From: Callorhinchus milii
Taxonomy: Eukaryota
NCBI RefSeq assembly: GCF_018977255.1
Contig: NW_024704743.1
Coordinates: 34,536,001-34,600,000 of the forward strand
Direction of reading: 5' to 3'
Length of the DNA stretch: 64,000 nucleotides
Below, piece after piece: positions 25,601-39,261 of the stretch. The position numbers and the translations under genes are program-made. The notes beneath the pieces were generated by a model. That model made no database searches and had not been told where the DNA came from. It saw only the letters and a program-made list of their open reading frames with translations. The number at the start of each line of letters is the position of its first letter. Position 1 is the stretch's first letter.

Positions 25601-28600
25601 CTGTTGAAAATGTTTGCCGTAGTTTAGTTATAAAAACAGTTCAGACACCTGACAGCTTCTACTCTGTGATATTTCAATGTGATATGGTGTTAATAAAATA
25701 ATAGTTCTATTTCAGCATTATTATATAATATAATATCAATATGCCTGGCCAATACTATTTAAATATTTAGTTCTTAATAATAATCCTTGCATTTGATATA
25801 GCGCTTTTCACGTCGGGAGGACGTCCCAAAGCGCTTCGCGCTTCATCATGAGACAAGCTCCCACCTACTAATAAGAACTTTTGTATAGTTAAGTAGAAAG
25901 CATCAGGCTAAACCAGTTTTGTCTATACTGCAGTCATGCATTGGATCCACAAGTTAATGTTTGACATTCCTGCACGTACACAGTGCACAGGAAGTGATGA
26001 TGTGGTGGCCATTTTGACTGCACCCCATTAGTATGCGATTTTGGGCTTATGGACACAAAGCAGCATATTATAACGGGGTTCTCCTGTATAGTTTTCTATA
26101 TACATTCTCGCTGGGTAGATTAGACACTCAATCTGTGACTGTTTGTGGGATATTACTATGTGCAATTGGTTGCCGGGTTTCGCCTACAAAATTTACAGTC
26201 AATTCACTTTACAGTATATTCTGTGAAGCGCTTTAAGACGTCTCGAAGAGGTGATAAGATCTATATCAAATGCAAGGATTATTATTATTATAGATGGTTT
26301 CTTCAACTTTTTTGCTAAACTTTTCATTTCTATGACATCCTCTGTGGGAAGATTAGGGTTTTCCACTGTGGTGGAATTTTATTGCCTGTTTCTCAAAATG
26401 GTGTTTTTAAATTGCATAAAGTGCTCTATCTAGTGGCACAGACCAGAATTGTCAATGTTTCCCTTTCACCATTGGAAACTCTTGACTCTTTCTCGAAGAG
26501 ACCTAGGTACATCTAATAAAAATAATAATAATAATCCTTGCATTTGATATAGTGCTTTTCACATCTTCTAGACGTCTCAAAGCGCTTCACAGAATATGCT
26601 GTAAAGTGAATTGACTGTATATTTGTGGGCGAAATTCTGTGTATATGGTGATGTTTTGGGCCTCAGATTCTTGCAAGGGAGTTAGAAATGGAAGATGAAT
26701 ACTTTAGATTTTTTTTAAAAGTTAATGTTTTGTTTATACTGTAATGAAGAACTGAATATGGTAACTTTGCTGCATTAACCATTATTATAATAATAAGAAG
26801 AAGAATTAATCCTTACAGGGGTATGTCTTGAGGTGCTTCACTATAGAGTGCAGTGACTATATGTTTTGTGGACTAATGTTTCTCACCACGATACTCACTG
26901 TTGATTTTGTTTCTCATTGTTCTGGTAACAGGTCCTCCACTTTGACCAAGTAGCTGATCTCCACTCCGGATTCCAGACACTGCAATCTGACATCAACAAA
27001 GCTGGTGCTCTATATGTACTGAAAACCGCCAACCGACTGTACGGAGAGAAAACCTTTAACTTCTTTGAAGTAAGTTCCAAGTTATAACGGGGATGTTAGT
27101 ATCTTGTTCCACTGCCTATCTGAGGCTCAAGACTTTGGCTTGGACCAAAATCCCATTGGAGCTGCAATCTCATGACTGGGTGCCATATAGATGCACAAAA
27201 CATTTTGCTGATGACCATACAGCAGTGACAAACAATACAAATTTACATGTGTATAGCGCCATACATTGAGGGTATGTCCCAAGACTCTTAACAGTCCTAG
27301 CTTGGCACCGAACTGAGGATGGGAGCTGAGGGAGTTATTGGAAGTGAAAGATGATCGAAGGTCTTGAAAGAAGTGACTGAGGGAGCGAGTCAGAAGGACT
27401 ATAGGATGGAATCCCAGAGAGTGGAGGCAGAAAGGCTGATGCTGCTGAAGTGCTTTGTAGTCGCCAATGTGTATCTGTTGATTTATAACTCTTGAACTTG
27501 CAATGATTCTGAATTGGGTGGTACTGCCTAACATTCCTTATCTCTATTATACAGGAGTTCATTCAAACCTGTGTTAAATTGTATGGAGCAAACCTGCTTC
27601 CAGTTAATTTTCTTAGTGCTGCAGATGAGGCAAGGCAAGAGATCAATAAATGGGTGGAGGACCAGACTGAAGGTAAGTTTCTAGAAGTTGCAATTATGAA
27701 GAAATGAAAGTACAAATATTTTGTCTTTTGGGGAAAAAAAAGAATGGATGATCTATGCAGGATCTGTTTCATCTGTTTCTGACCTGCTAACCACTTATCA
27801 ACCTCCGCTCAGCATGCTCTGGCCTGCTCAATTTCCCCCGCCTGGGCCACCCCACCATCAGAGGTTGGTCCTTCAGCCACTCTGCTCCCACCCTGTGGAA
27901 CTCCATCTCACATTCCCTCGTCTCGCTCCCTCCCTTACCACCTACAAGACATGCCTCAAGACCCTCCTCTTTGACCGTGCCTTCGGCTGCCTTCCTACCC
28001 TCTCTGCCCTACACCCTTCCTGATCCCACCCCATCCCCGCTCGGGTCCTTCCTAAACCCTGACTGTACCTTGGGATGTTCTCCCGACATGAAAGCCAGGT
28101 GACGAGAGGTCAGGCTTTGCTGAATCAATGACTGTAAGCTAAATGACTCAGTCGAGTGGCTGCTGTCATTCACTGCCAAGGCTCACACATTAACTATGGT
28201 CTCTTGGGCAGGGCCATGGTGGGCAACCAGCACCTGTAGAACTACACCCCACCCTGAGGGGGCCTGAACAGGAGCAGAGGGCAATAGTGAACAAATTTAA
28301 AAAAAAACACTAAATTTATAATTAACAAACAAGTTGGTTCCAGTTTATTGGGTTTACACTGGCATCTTTGCAGCTTGTTTAACATTTCTAGGAACTCAAA
28401 TGTGCAGGAACCCTGATATAAAAAGGGATCACATTGTCACATTGCGGTAGGCTTGACTAAGGATATTGTGTCTATGAATGTTTATTTTTAACCAGGCAAT
28501 CCTTATAAAACATTCTGTCATTTAGCTCACTGTCATTGATTGAGACATTGATAAAGAATAAGGCAGTTGGAGAGGTATCTCTTCACTTTAATTTATTGCT

Positions 28601-31600
28601 GTCAAGCCAATGGTAAACAATTGTTAATCCTTGTAATCACAAGAGTGCTTGACAGTGAGTGAAATGGGAGCGATACTGACAGCTGGACCTGAAACAAACT
28701 TTTCGCGATCAAAGGAGATATATAACACTATTCAATGGTAAAATCTGTCTGTGTTCTGCTTAGGATTTGCATAATTCTAAGAACCTTCTGCTTTAACTGA
28801 TACTCAAGGGTGGGGTCAAAACTGAACTTTTTAGCAAATCTTCAGAGGTAAGGGTTTTATTTTGAATGATTTTGAAAGGTGTGGCCAATGTTTAACCCTT
28901 AGAACATGTTTTGTATATTTTTTCTCTCCATTTTGAAATTCCAAATTTAAATTGTATTAAATTCCTAAAGATACCCAACTATTTTGAGGGGCATGTTTAT
29001 GCAGACAACAACAACAACAACAAGATTCCATTTATAAAGCGCCTTTCACGTCAGGAGGACGTCCCAGACATTCACTTCTGTTGTGAATTATTGTATTGAA
29101 TATACTTCTATTTAGGTAAGATCCAAGACCTGCTGGCTCATGGCTCAGTGGATCATCTCACGAAACTGGTCCTGGTGAATGCCATCTACTTCAAAGGAAG
29201 TTGGGCTGAGAAATTTGATGAAAAACTAACGGAGGAGATGCCATTCAAACTTAATAAGGTATTTAGACTGCCAAGGTCCTATGTCCCAATAGATCAATTT
29301 CAAGATTCGTATCCTCACCTATAAACCACTTCACACTCTACGACCTCCTTATCTCTCTGATCTTCTCCTACCCACTCTCTCATCTACCATCCGCTCAAAA
29401 ATTTGGGCCTGTCCAGCATCCCTTGCACCCTCTATCCCACCATTGATGGATGAACTTTCGGCAACTATGCCCTGAAACTCCCACCCTCTACCCCTCGGTC
29501 TCGCCCATCTCTATCTAATGCCTAACTACCTACCTCTTTGACTGCCCTACCGTCACTTCTCCCCTCCCCATCCTCTTTTTTCCTTGCTCAGTATCCGCCC
29601 AGTCTCTGTGAAGCATTCAATCATGAAGGGTGATCCATGAATGCAAGTTGTTGTAGACAATTTATATCTAATTACAACATAAAAGAATTGTTGTATGTTT
29701 GTAGTGGAATTTCCATTATAAAGGCATTATTAAATGGTTGGAGTATATCATATCACATTTGTCAAAATTACCAATCACTTTGTTATGCCTTTATAATGGA
29801 ATTCTATATACAATTCCTATATATAGTAATTCATGTATAAATTGCCAAAATTACCAATACTGATTCTGCACTAGGTTTGTTTTACTTTGATTTTTAACAA
29901 TAGAATTTGTTTACAGCAGAGAAGAAGGTCATTCAGTCCACCACGTCTGTACTGGCTCCCTTGAGAGCAATTTTTTCACTCCCATTTACCTGCCCTGCCA
30001 CCACCCTCCTGTAGCTGATTCTTTTTATGGATTTGTCTTGTTCAATGTTTTTTCCCCCTAATTTTCCTGCTCACCCTAAAATGTGAGAAATAAATAATAA
30101 ATATAATAATCCTTACATTTGATACAGCGCTTTTCACGTCTTCTGGATGTCACAAAGTGCTTCATAGAATATGCTGTAAAGTGAATTGACCGTATATTTG
30201 TGGGCGAAACGCGGCAGCCAATTGCGCACAGCAGTAGTGTTGAAAATGACCAATTTTTTTTTGATTTGGAGGGCTTATTATTAGGTGTGTGGAGTAAGGA
30301 AATTTACCCAAGGTTTTGCTCTGCCAGGAATCAAACCCAGGTCTCTCACTTGTAAGGCGAGTGCTCTAACCACTGAGCTACAGGACTCCTAAATATCAGT
30401 TTAGATGTTAATTATATGAATATTTCATTTTTGAAAATCTTATTTAATGTTGACTAGTACAATAGGGGTTAAATTAAATCCCTTTTATGTGGCAAGTTCC
30501 TTCCCTGACATTCTTATTAATATGAACTTGACTTCATATTAATAAGAATGTCTGTTCTGCATCCTACATTCCCTCTGCTTTAGTCCCACCCACGGTTCCC
30601 ACGCTGCTCAGGTACTTATAGTCTCTCCAAGCTTGGCAGCTTCCTACAACAGCCCATGAACCGGATGCCTAGGTTGCGCACTGGTTCGATGAGTCTGAGG
30701 GAGAGCCCAGGGAGGTTGAGGAGTTTAGATCTGACCACTTGGCTTGGTCAGATTTAAACTCCTCCACCTCCCTGGGCTCTCTCTCAGACTCACTAAACCA
30801 GTGTGCAACTTAGGGGTCCGGTTCGACCCCCAGCTATCCTTCCTCCCCCACATCCATTCCCTGACCAGGACCCCCTTCTTCTACCTCCGCCACATTGCCC
30901 ACCTTCGACCAAAACCTTTGTGCATCTGTTTGCCACCTCCCGCTTAGATTACTCCAATGCACTCCTCACTGGTCTCTCCAGCCCCACCTTTCAAAAGATC
31001 CAGCTCATTCAAAACTCTGCCGCCTGCATACTGACCCGGACCAAATTCCGTACCCACACCTCACCAATTCTGGCCAGCCTTCGCTGGCTTCGCATCACCG
31101 AATGGATCGACTTCAAGATCCTCACACTCGTGTTGAAATCCATTCACTCCCTGTTACCTTCCTACCTCTCCGACCTTCTTAATCCCCAATCCACCACTTG
31201 GCTCCTCCCCTCGACTGGCTCTGGGTTCCTGCTTGTCCCTCACAAACTCCACCCCACCATCACAGGTTGCGCTTTCAGCCACTTCGCCCCAAAACTCTGG
31301 ATCACTCTCCCTCAATGCCTCTGCTTTGCCCCCTCTCTCTTTTCTTTCAAGTCCTTTCCTCTTTGACTGTGATTATGGCCACCTCCCCACTCCCCTGGCT
31401 CAGAGTTAGGCTCCGCCACTGTTTAGTGCTCTGAGACACTACCTTGCATGAAGGGCGCTATGTAAGTGCAAGCTGTTTTTGTAGGTGTCAGCTTCCCTTT
31501 GTTCTCTCTGGACCAGCAGCCAATATGTGAGCGCCAAAGAACAAAGAGGTTTTCTCGACTGCAAGTGGATGTTCTCCCAGGAGTATCTGTTCATTCCTCC

Positions 31601-34012
31601 ACTCCTAGTTTAACAATGGGCATTTTTTTTCTTCCTTGTGTGCTGAGAAAAAATTAACAGCAAAAAATAACTTGAGGAGAAATATCCTGATGCCTTTTAT
31701 TCATGGAATCTTTCCTTTTATTAAAAAAAAATTGTCATTTACAATATAATGCCTACACTCAACTCAAGAGATATTGAATCGTTTAAAAGCTATTCCCACA
31801 CAAATAGCATAGATGTATTTAAGAGGAAGATAAATGTACATGAGGAAGAAGGTTGAGAAAGATATGGGAGGGAGTAAGGAGTAGGTGAAGACTTGTGTGG
31901 AGCAAAACACCGGCCCAGTCTCGTTGGGCTGAATGGTCTGTTTCTGTGCTGTATATTCTATGAAAATCTATGTAAACCTTTTGCACCATTTTTTCAAGTA
32001 CGACTGTTTATGGAGATGGTTTTCCACAATTCCATTTCAAAAAGGTTATTTTCATATATTTTACCTACTGCAGAATGAAAGCAGGACAGTGAAAATGATG
32101 TACCTGATGAAAAAATTCCGCTTCAATTACATTCCCGAAGTTAAGTGCAAAGTTCTTGAGCTTCCGTATGTTGGGAAAGAGCTAAGTATGATCATCATGT
32201 TACCCGATGACAATGAAGATGGCTCCCCTGGACTAAAACAGGTAGAATATCTTTCTAACTTTTTTTAAAAAAGAGTTTGGACATATTACACAGAATCGTA
32301 CTCCACATATGTATGTACCAGATTCTATCCCATAGTTAAGCAATGTTGATCACAAACCTGTAACAAACTGTAATAAAAGGATTTATACAGTAGTTGGTTT
32401 TCATGTCAGGAGGATATCCGAAAGCGCATTCAGTATGCTGAAAGGGCACCCGAGCTAGGGTGGGAGCCTTGGGGGTGTGTGGCTTCAACCCCAGTTGTTA
32501 ATTACCCTCTGGGTAAAGAAAAAAAGCTTCCTTATATCTGTTCTGAAATTGCCCTTTGTAACTCTAAACCCCTTGTCTTACTGTATTGGTGCATCTTAAT
32601 GTGTTGTTCTGGGTTTACTTTCTCAATCCTATTTCATATTTGGTAGACCTTTTATGAGGTCCCCTCTGATTTGTTGTTTCTCAAGACTGAAGAGCACTAG
32701 CCCAAGTTTGTTAGCAGGTTAGAAGGATGGCATTTGTATTATTTGCAGGAAACTATTGCCAATAATTCATGGGCCATTATTTAGTTTGGTCAAAAAATAT
32801 TACAGAATTTGATTAGCAACATAATTGTAATCTAAAACACCAAGCTCAATGAGGATGCAAATTTAAAGGAATTGGGTCTTGGCCAGATTTTAATCTATGA
32901 TCAATTGTCTTTATCTCATTGCTTGTCTCCCTGCTTTGAAAAATAATCTCAGCTCAGTTGTCCTCTGCTACATGTGTCAAATGTTTTTGAGACTTTTTTT
33001 GGCTTACATAGGTCAGGTCTGTTCCTGATTTTCAGCACTGGTTACTAAGAAAGGAATACAAGAGTTTAAGTAATGGGAAATGTCATCTCTGTTATAATTA
33101 TACTTTATTTTCAGAGCTAATAACCTTATGAAAACTCTACAATGATCATTTTCTATATAATAGCTTTATTTCTAATTATTTATCTGCAAAATATTCTCTG
33201 TATACATTTTTTTAAGTATAAGCAACCTATAATGCCACCATTGCATTGGCACCTCTGAGGTTAGATACAGAAACGTGACGTGCAGATCTTCTCATGCTCA
33301 TAGCCTTGCATTTTAGATTGTGTAGAAGTTTGGAAAATTAGAAGATTCAGATTTAATTTGGAAAAGAGCTGCAGAGCATCAGCTTTTAAATTAAGACTAA
33401 ATTTAGGAATTGTGAATCTCAACTATGGACAAAGCACTTGTGGAATATCTCACTTTGAGCAAATACATAAAGCTACATTGCAAAGTAAGTGGTCCCAAGG
33501 CAAAGACCATGAGAAATTGTGGGTTTTTGGTGTCTTGTACAAGTTCTGGTCCCGGTGTTCCAGTGTTATCTGCTCCTTGTGGCTAATGTGTTTTTAACTT
33601 GGACCACCAGCTGGAGACAATGCTGACATTGGAAAACCTGCAGGAGTGGACAAAGCTAAACTGCATGCCTGTAGAAGTTCACGTTCGTCTGCCGAAGTTT
33701 AAGCTGGAAGATAATTATGAACTGAAGCCCATTCTTTCTAGTTTAGGCATGCAGGATGTTTTTGATTCCGCAAAAGTAGATCTCTCTGGAATGTCGGGAT
33801 GTCGTGACTTGTATATGTCCAGAGTGGTCCACAAATCATTCCTGGAAGTGAATGAGGAAGGTACGGAGGCAGCAGCTGCTACCGCAGCAATAGCTTCGTT
33901 TTGTATGTTGACCAGAGAGGAGATATTTACTGCTGATCGGCCCTTCCTATTTTTCATCAGGCACACCAAAACCAATAGTATTCTCTTTTTTGGTAGAGTC
34001 TCTTCTCCCTGA
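22693..34012 (+). CDS. SERPINB1: Leukocyte elastase inhibitor-like clade B serpin; exons 22693-22860, 26932-27069, 27555-27672, 29116-29258, 32074-32241, 33611-34012; 378 aa
   Basis: [56 protein letters not shown] (F-C-M as in SERPINB1) and [11 protein letters not shown]...FFGRVSSP. All introns are GT-AG. Exon sizes 168/138/118/143/168/402 sum to an open frame. Confidence 0.93.
23664..24738 (+). mobile_element. tRNA-SINE split by a solo LTR and an L2 fragment (~24340-24595)
   Basis: The SINE head gtggagtcctgtagctcagtggttagagcactcgcctcgcaag resumes at 24219 and again at ~24595, ending in the standard tail. Confidence 0.8.
23711..24218 (-). mobile_element. Solo LTR, 508 bp, with 4-bp TSD CAAG
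   Basis: Termini TGTTAG...CTAACA (TG..CA, 6-bp inverted). CAAG at 23707-23710 and 24219-24222. Minus-strand TATAAA (~23957-23962) precedes an AGTAAA polyA-like signal (~23771-23776). Confidence 0.85.
30105..30389 (-). mobile_element. Near full-length young tRNA-derived SINE (the dominant family of the window)
   Basis: tRNA-like A box (gtagctcagtggttagagca) and B box (ggtttgattcc), with tail cgtgaaaagcgctgtatcaaatgtaaggattatt. Confidence 0.9.
30745..31480 (+). mobile_element. 5'-truncated L2 LINE with a fold-back at its 5' end
   Basis: [37 protein letters not shown] motifs. Confidence 0.88.
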
Positions 34013-36149
34013 ATGACAGTGTGTATAAAGTTATTTCTGCAGCAAGAAGGTCTGAAGCAGAGTTTGCATTTCTCAGCCAATCAATATGGCTAACAAATAT
34101 GATCCAATAAATATGAATATAGAAAACATTTGGGTTGTTAAATTGCTTGCACTATGAACAATCTTTTCATAAATAAGATTGTTTTGAAACTTTATCAATA
34201 AAAATGAATGTAAAACTATTGTTCTGCTCGTTTTTTGAATGTCATGATGGTTAGTTTTATAATTCTTATGTTTCTTTAACATTGAATTTATAACAAATGG
34301 AATAAATTGTAAATAAACTAGCATTAAATGACTTAACAGCAAATCACTCTGTGTAAAGTCTTTAAGGGATTCCTTAATGCAATTGTATTACTCACTGAAT
34401 TCTGATACACTTCTAGATACAAAATGTTGCTTTCAACATGATGTTGCAACCATCATGTACTACCATTTTTGGTGTGTTCAACTTATGCAAAACATACCTC
34501 TCAGAACTTTCTTTTTATCTTTCCCCTTCACACACCCCCTAGGCTCCCACCCTAGTTCAGGTGCTCTTTCAGCATTCTGAATGCGTTTTCGGATGTCCTC
34601 CTGACACGAAAGATGCTATATAAATGTGTATTGTAATGTTTGGTGCTCTTAATTTTAGAACTGACCCATGAACTGGTTTGACTTTTTAAAATTCCCATGT
34701 AACATCAAAAGAGAGGAACAATAAATGTTAAACATTACTGTACATGCAAGGATTATTATTGTATGTTTTAAAAAATCTTCACCTTCATACCATACTGATC
34801 TGTGTGTCTCATTTTGATCACAACTCCCCAGATTTCTAGAGTAGTGAACATTTCCTTTGGCACAATAAAGAGGGTTGATATATTTCACTCAGTTTTGCTC
34901 AGAGGTCAGCTTTGCTCAGAGGTAGGACCCTCACCTCTAAGTCAGAAGGTTGTGGGTTGAAGTCCCACATGTGCATTCCCGTCTGCCCTTTCAAGTGGAG
35001 GTTAAAAATCTAATGGCACTATTCGAAAAGAGAAGGAAGTTTCTCCTGATATCCTGTCCAATAATCCCCCAAATAAAATTGGTAACTCATTTCATGCCTG
35101 TTTGTGGGACATTGTTGTGTGCAATTGGGCTACCTTGTTTGCTTATAAATATAGTCACCACATTTCACAGTACAATCCTGTGAAGTGCTTGGAGACATGC
35201 TTCTGACAAGATAATCATTATTATTATGCTGGCACAAATCACTGAACACTGGAGCATGCTGGGGACTGGAGAAAGGCGGTTGTTACTCCTATTTTTTAAG
35301 AAAGTTAACAAAACAGACCCAGAATACAAGACTAGTAAATTTGACATCCATTGTGGGTAAATTATGGAGATTCTTATTCAGGATAAAAGCAAAGAGCAGT
35401 TTAGCATCTCATACAAAGGACGGCACCTGCAGCACTACACTGAATGTCAGACTCCACGGCTTCCACGACCCAACGTGGGGATTCAACTCACATCTTTAAG
35501 ACCCAGAGGTGCGAGTCGTACCAACTGAGCCAGCCTGACACAAGACATCCGTTATGACATATGATTGCTGTGACAATTTATAACACATTTAAGAATCAGC
35601 AATATCATTCTTGAATATAATCAAGGATCTCAAATTATTCTAACTTCTCGTTCCACATGGTACTGAACAAATAATGTATAGGAGTCATATATATCAATAC
35701 CATAGTCCATACCAATTTTCTATACAGAGGCACATTCCCCAAAACATTCCAATCCTCTTACAACATAGACCTAGCCAAAGATCTGTTTAAGACTGTAATG
35801 GTACAAATACAATGGATGGGCTAACAGCAAGCAAAAGTTTTATTGTTAGAAAGTAAACTTCATACCCAGTAAATTTTTTCCATCCATTGTGGGTAAAATT
35901 ATGGAGACTTATTAAGGGTAAAAATCACAGAGCACCCCGGCAGAGATAAAGTTATAAATGATAACCAATATGAATTCATGAAGGGGAGGTTTTGCCAATC
36001 TAAATTTACTGATTTTCTTTGATGGTGTGACAAAGGTCTTTGATTTCATCTCCTCTTCTCTGGATTTCAATTTTCTACTTTCTCCTCTGGGTTTCCACTT
36101 TTCTACTCTTCTCCTCTGGTTTCTATGACATACTTTTTTTTTCTTTCTC

Positions 36150-36600
36150 TGAGTGACCAGCAAGTTGGTGGGGAGGGAGTTGAAGCAGCAGGTGGTGGGT
36201 TTCATGGAGGTGATGGTGGGTGAGAGGAAGGAGGGAGAGATGGGGAGGAAGGAATGTAGGATGGGGGTGGTGGTAGGAGCAGATGATGGGGAGGGTGAGG
36301 GGGACAGAGAGGCGTAGTGGTGGGTGATAAGAGGCAGGTGGATGAGGCAACCTGGCGGATGTTGTTTATTTTAGATGAAAAGTAGTCCATGACCTCCTCG
36401 TACTTGGCATTGGATGTGAAGATTGAGGAGGCCTGAGGGCAGGCACGGAGGTGGTAGGATTTTTCCGCCATCTGTCCTCGAGCAGCCGGGTTTGGATTTT
36501 AAGCAGCGGAGATGGTTGTTGTACCAGGGGGATCGGGTGGGTTTGTAGATGGTTCTGGATTTCAGGGGGACAAGGGAGTTGAAGGTGGAGGAGAGGCTAT
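36150..36600 (-). mobile_element. L2 internal fragment
   Basis: PLKSRTIYKPTRSPWYNNHLRCLK and YFSSKINNIR. Confidence 0.75.
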
Positions 36601-36749
36601 ACAAATGTAATCTTCTTGTTTTGTTCTGTGCAGTGCTTTGAGATTTCTTGAAGGCATGATAAGGTGCTATATCAAATGCACGTAATATTATTGCATTCGT
36701 AGGTATTTATTCTTGTTTTGGTGAGCTGGGCTATGTTTTCAACTCTAAA

Positions 36750-37610
36750 CTGGCCTTTAAAGTTGAATGTGAACAAGACTGAGGCCCTCCTGATTGACTC
36801 TCGCCAGAGTCTCTGCACCTCAGGTTCTGGCAGCATCAACCTCCATGGTTGCGCACTTCAACTCACCAAGCCAGTCAGGAACCTAGGTGTCTTGTTCGAC
36901 TCTCAACTGTCTTTCCTTCCCCACATTCAAGCCATGACCCGCTCTACATTTTCTCACCTCCGTAACATCGCCCAACTCTGCCACTACCTCACCCTTCACG
37001 CCACTGAAACTTTTGTTCATGCTATCATCACTTCCAGGCTCGACTATGCAAATGTCCTGCTTGTCGCCCTTCCCAACTCCTCCCTCCACAGGCTGCAGAT
37101 ATTCCAGATCTGCGCAGCCTGTGTCCTCCCCAGCACCAAACTCCGTGACCCCATCTCCCCAATTCTCACCCGACTCCATTGGCTCCCTATCCTTCAGAGG
37201 ATCCGATTCAAAATCCTTGTCCTCACCTACAAAGCCCTCAATGGCCACACCCCACCCTACCTCTGTGACCTCCTAACCCCCTACCAACCAGCCCGCTCCC
37301 TCCGTTCAGCCGGCTTTGGCCTGCTCCATGACCCCCAACCCACCCGCCCCACCATTGACGGGAGAGCCTTCAGCCACTCTGCCCCCAACCTCTGGAGTTC
37401 CATTCCCCAATCACTCGCCCCCTCCTTAGTCTTGTTCAAGTCCCGCCTCAAAACCCCTCTCTTCGATCATGCCATCGATCACTCCCCTTCCCCTCCCCTT
37501 CCTTTTCCCCCCTTGACCCCAGCTCGGGTCTGAAATGCTGTAACCTGTCCAGTGCTTTGTGACGTCCTCCCAACATGAAAGGCGCTATACAAATGTCATC
37601 TTGTTGTTAT
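36750..37610 (+). mobile_element. L2 LINE 3' portion
   Basis: ORF 36718-37533 LKLNVNKTEALL..VRNLGVLFDSQLSF..SRLDYANVLL..LHWLP, followed by the L2 tail. Confidence 0.92.
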
Positions 37611-39261
37611 TTTTGTGGTATACAGTTGATAGTATTCTTAATATTATCTGCATTCTCCAGTGAAGCTTTGTGACTGGTTCACTGTGTACCTTCTAGGTGG
37701 ATGATAGCAGGCTTGGCGTTTAACCTGTCCATTTCCATCACGTCACCTAACCACTTCCTTGGTCATCTGCCTCTTGATTTGCTGCCATCAATGTTTCCAG
37801 GCATAAACAACCCCCACAGCTGTCCCTGTGACTCGCAAACAGTGTGGCTCTAGTCTATCAATTTGTTATCGTGATCTAATCCTCGTTTCTCTCTTTTCTG
37901 TTGCTAATTCAGGGGCCTTCTCTCACCTCAGACCTTCTTCTGATACAGCTATTTTCTAGCCTATATCTGTAACAATTGAACAGAAAAGTCTCCAACTTTA
38001 ATAAAACAAATAGTGAACAGCAAATTAACTACCGTACAAATATTCTCTAATACTGATACACAGCTTGTCTTTGATTATTTTTGGTCGTAATTTGTCTAGT
38101 AATGTTTGGAGAAAAAAGACTAGAATCCCAATTTGGGATTCATTTGGAATTGAGCAGTTGTTTCAGGAAGAAATGAATTTGGAATAAATTAGACTTCTGA
38201 AGAATATGAATTTGCAACTGTATCAAAGGCAATTGCTCAGAGCAGCAAGACTCACTCCTGAGCACACAAGATAATACCTAAAACCAGCAACCAGAGCATC
38301 GAATGAAACATAAGAAGCTAATCTCATTGTCCACAAGAAAAGCAAAATCCCCTTAATACATAACTCCTTTGTCACACCAGATTAGCAGCAGCTGGTGCTC
38401 AATTTCTCATACATTTCCAAATGGAATTTGCTGCTATCTCGGCCATTGTAACTTCAGCAACAGAGATCCTGACCCATGAGGCAATTTACCTGTACTTTTA
38501 TTTTTTTAAGCCATGTTTACTTATTAATGTACTGCTGTATATTACATTTAGGGTTATGTAGGCAATCAACATTGAGTATCCTCTCCTTCATTAGGCTCTG
38601 TGAGCCTATCTTTCCATCCTCGCTTGGCTCCACTGGATCCTCAGTCCTCAGCAGAGCAAATTCAAGATCTTCTGCTTCATTCAAATCCCTCCCTGACCTA
38701 GCCCCACCCTACCACTGCAACCTTTAGGCCCTCCACTCATCAAAGTGCTTTGAGAAGCTTTGAGATGTGAAAGGCTGGTTATATCAACTGCAGGGATTAT
38801 TATTTTAAAATCCAGCCTGCTGTTCAACCCCTACCCCACTCTTGTCAAGTGAGCCACTCTTCCCCCCACCCCCCATTTAGCACTAGATCCCAGAGTCTGC
38901 CTGCCCACTGCCTCTGTAGTGTGTTCTTCCTGTCTAATCATCCTCTCAACTAGAAACAAGTCTCCTGCAACATTAACCTATTTTCTGTTTCTGATGGTGA
39001 TAGAAGTGGTTTCTATTTTTATTTTTCAATACTATTGTTAGTTTATTGACATGATGGAATACGTAAGCGGTTTTAATAATAATAATCCTTGCATTTGATA
39101 TAGCGCCTTGTCGTTGAAACGTCTCAATGCGCTTCACAGAATATATTGTAAAGGGGATTGACTGTATTTTGATTAAAGAGACTTGACTATTCTTTTTGCA
39201 GTAGGTACTTGGCGTTTGTTATATTCTCTAGTCACTGAGCTCCTAAATATCATCATTGTAG

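Noticed and set aside
36718..37533. 271-aa ORF as a host gene
   Set aside because: C-terminal fragment of L2 ORF2, with no catalytic RT core
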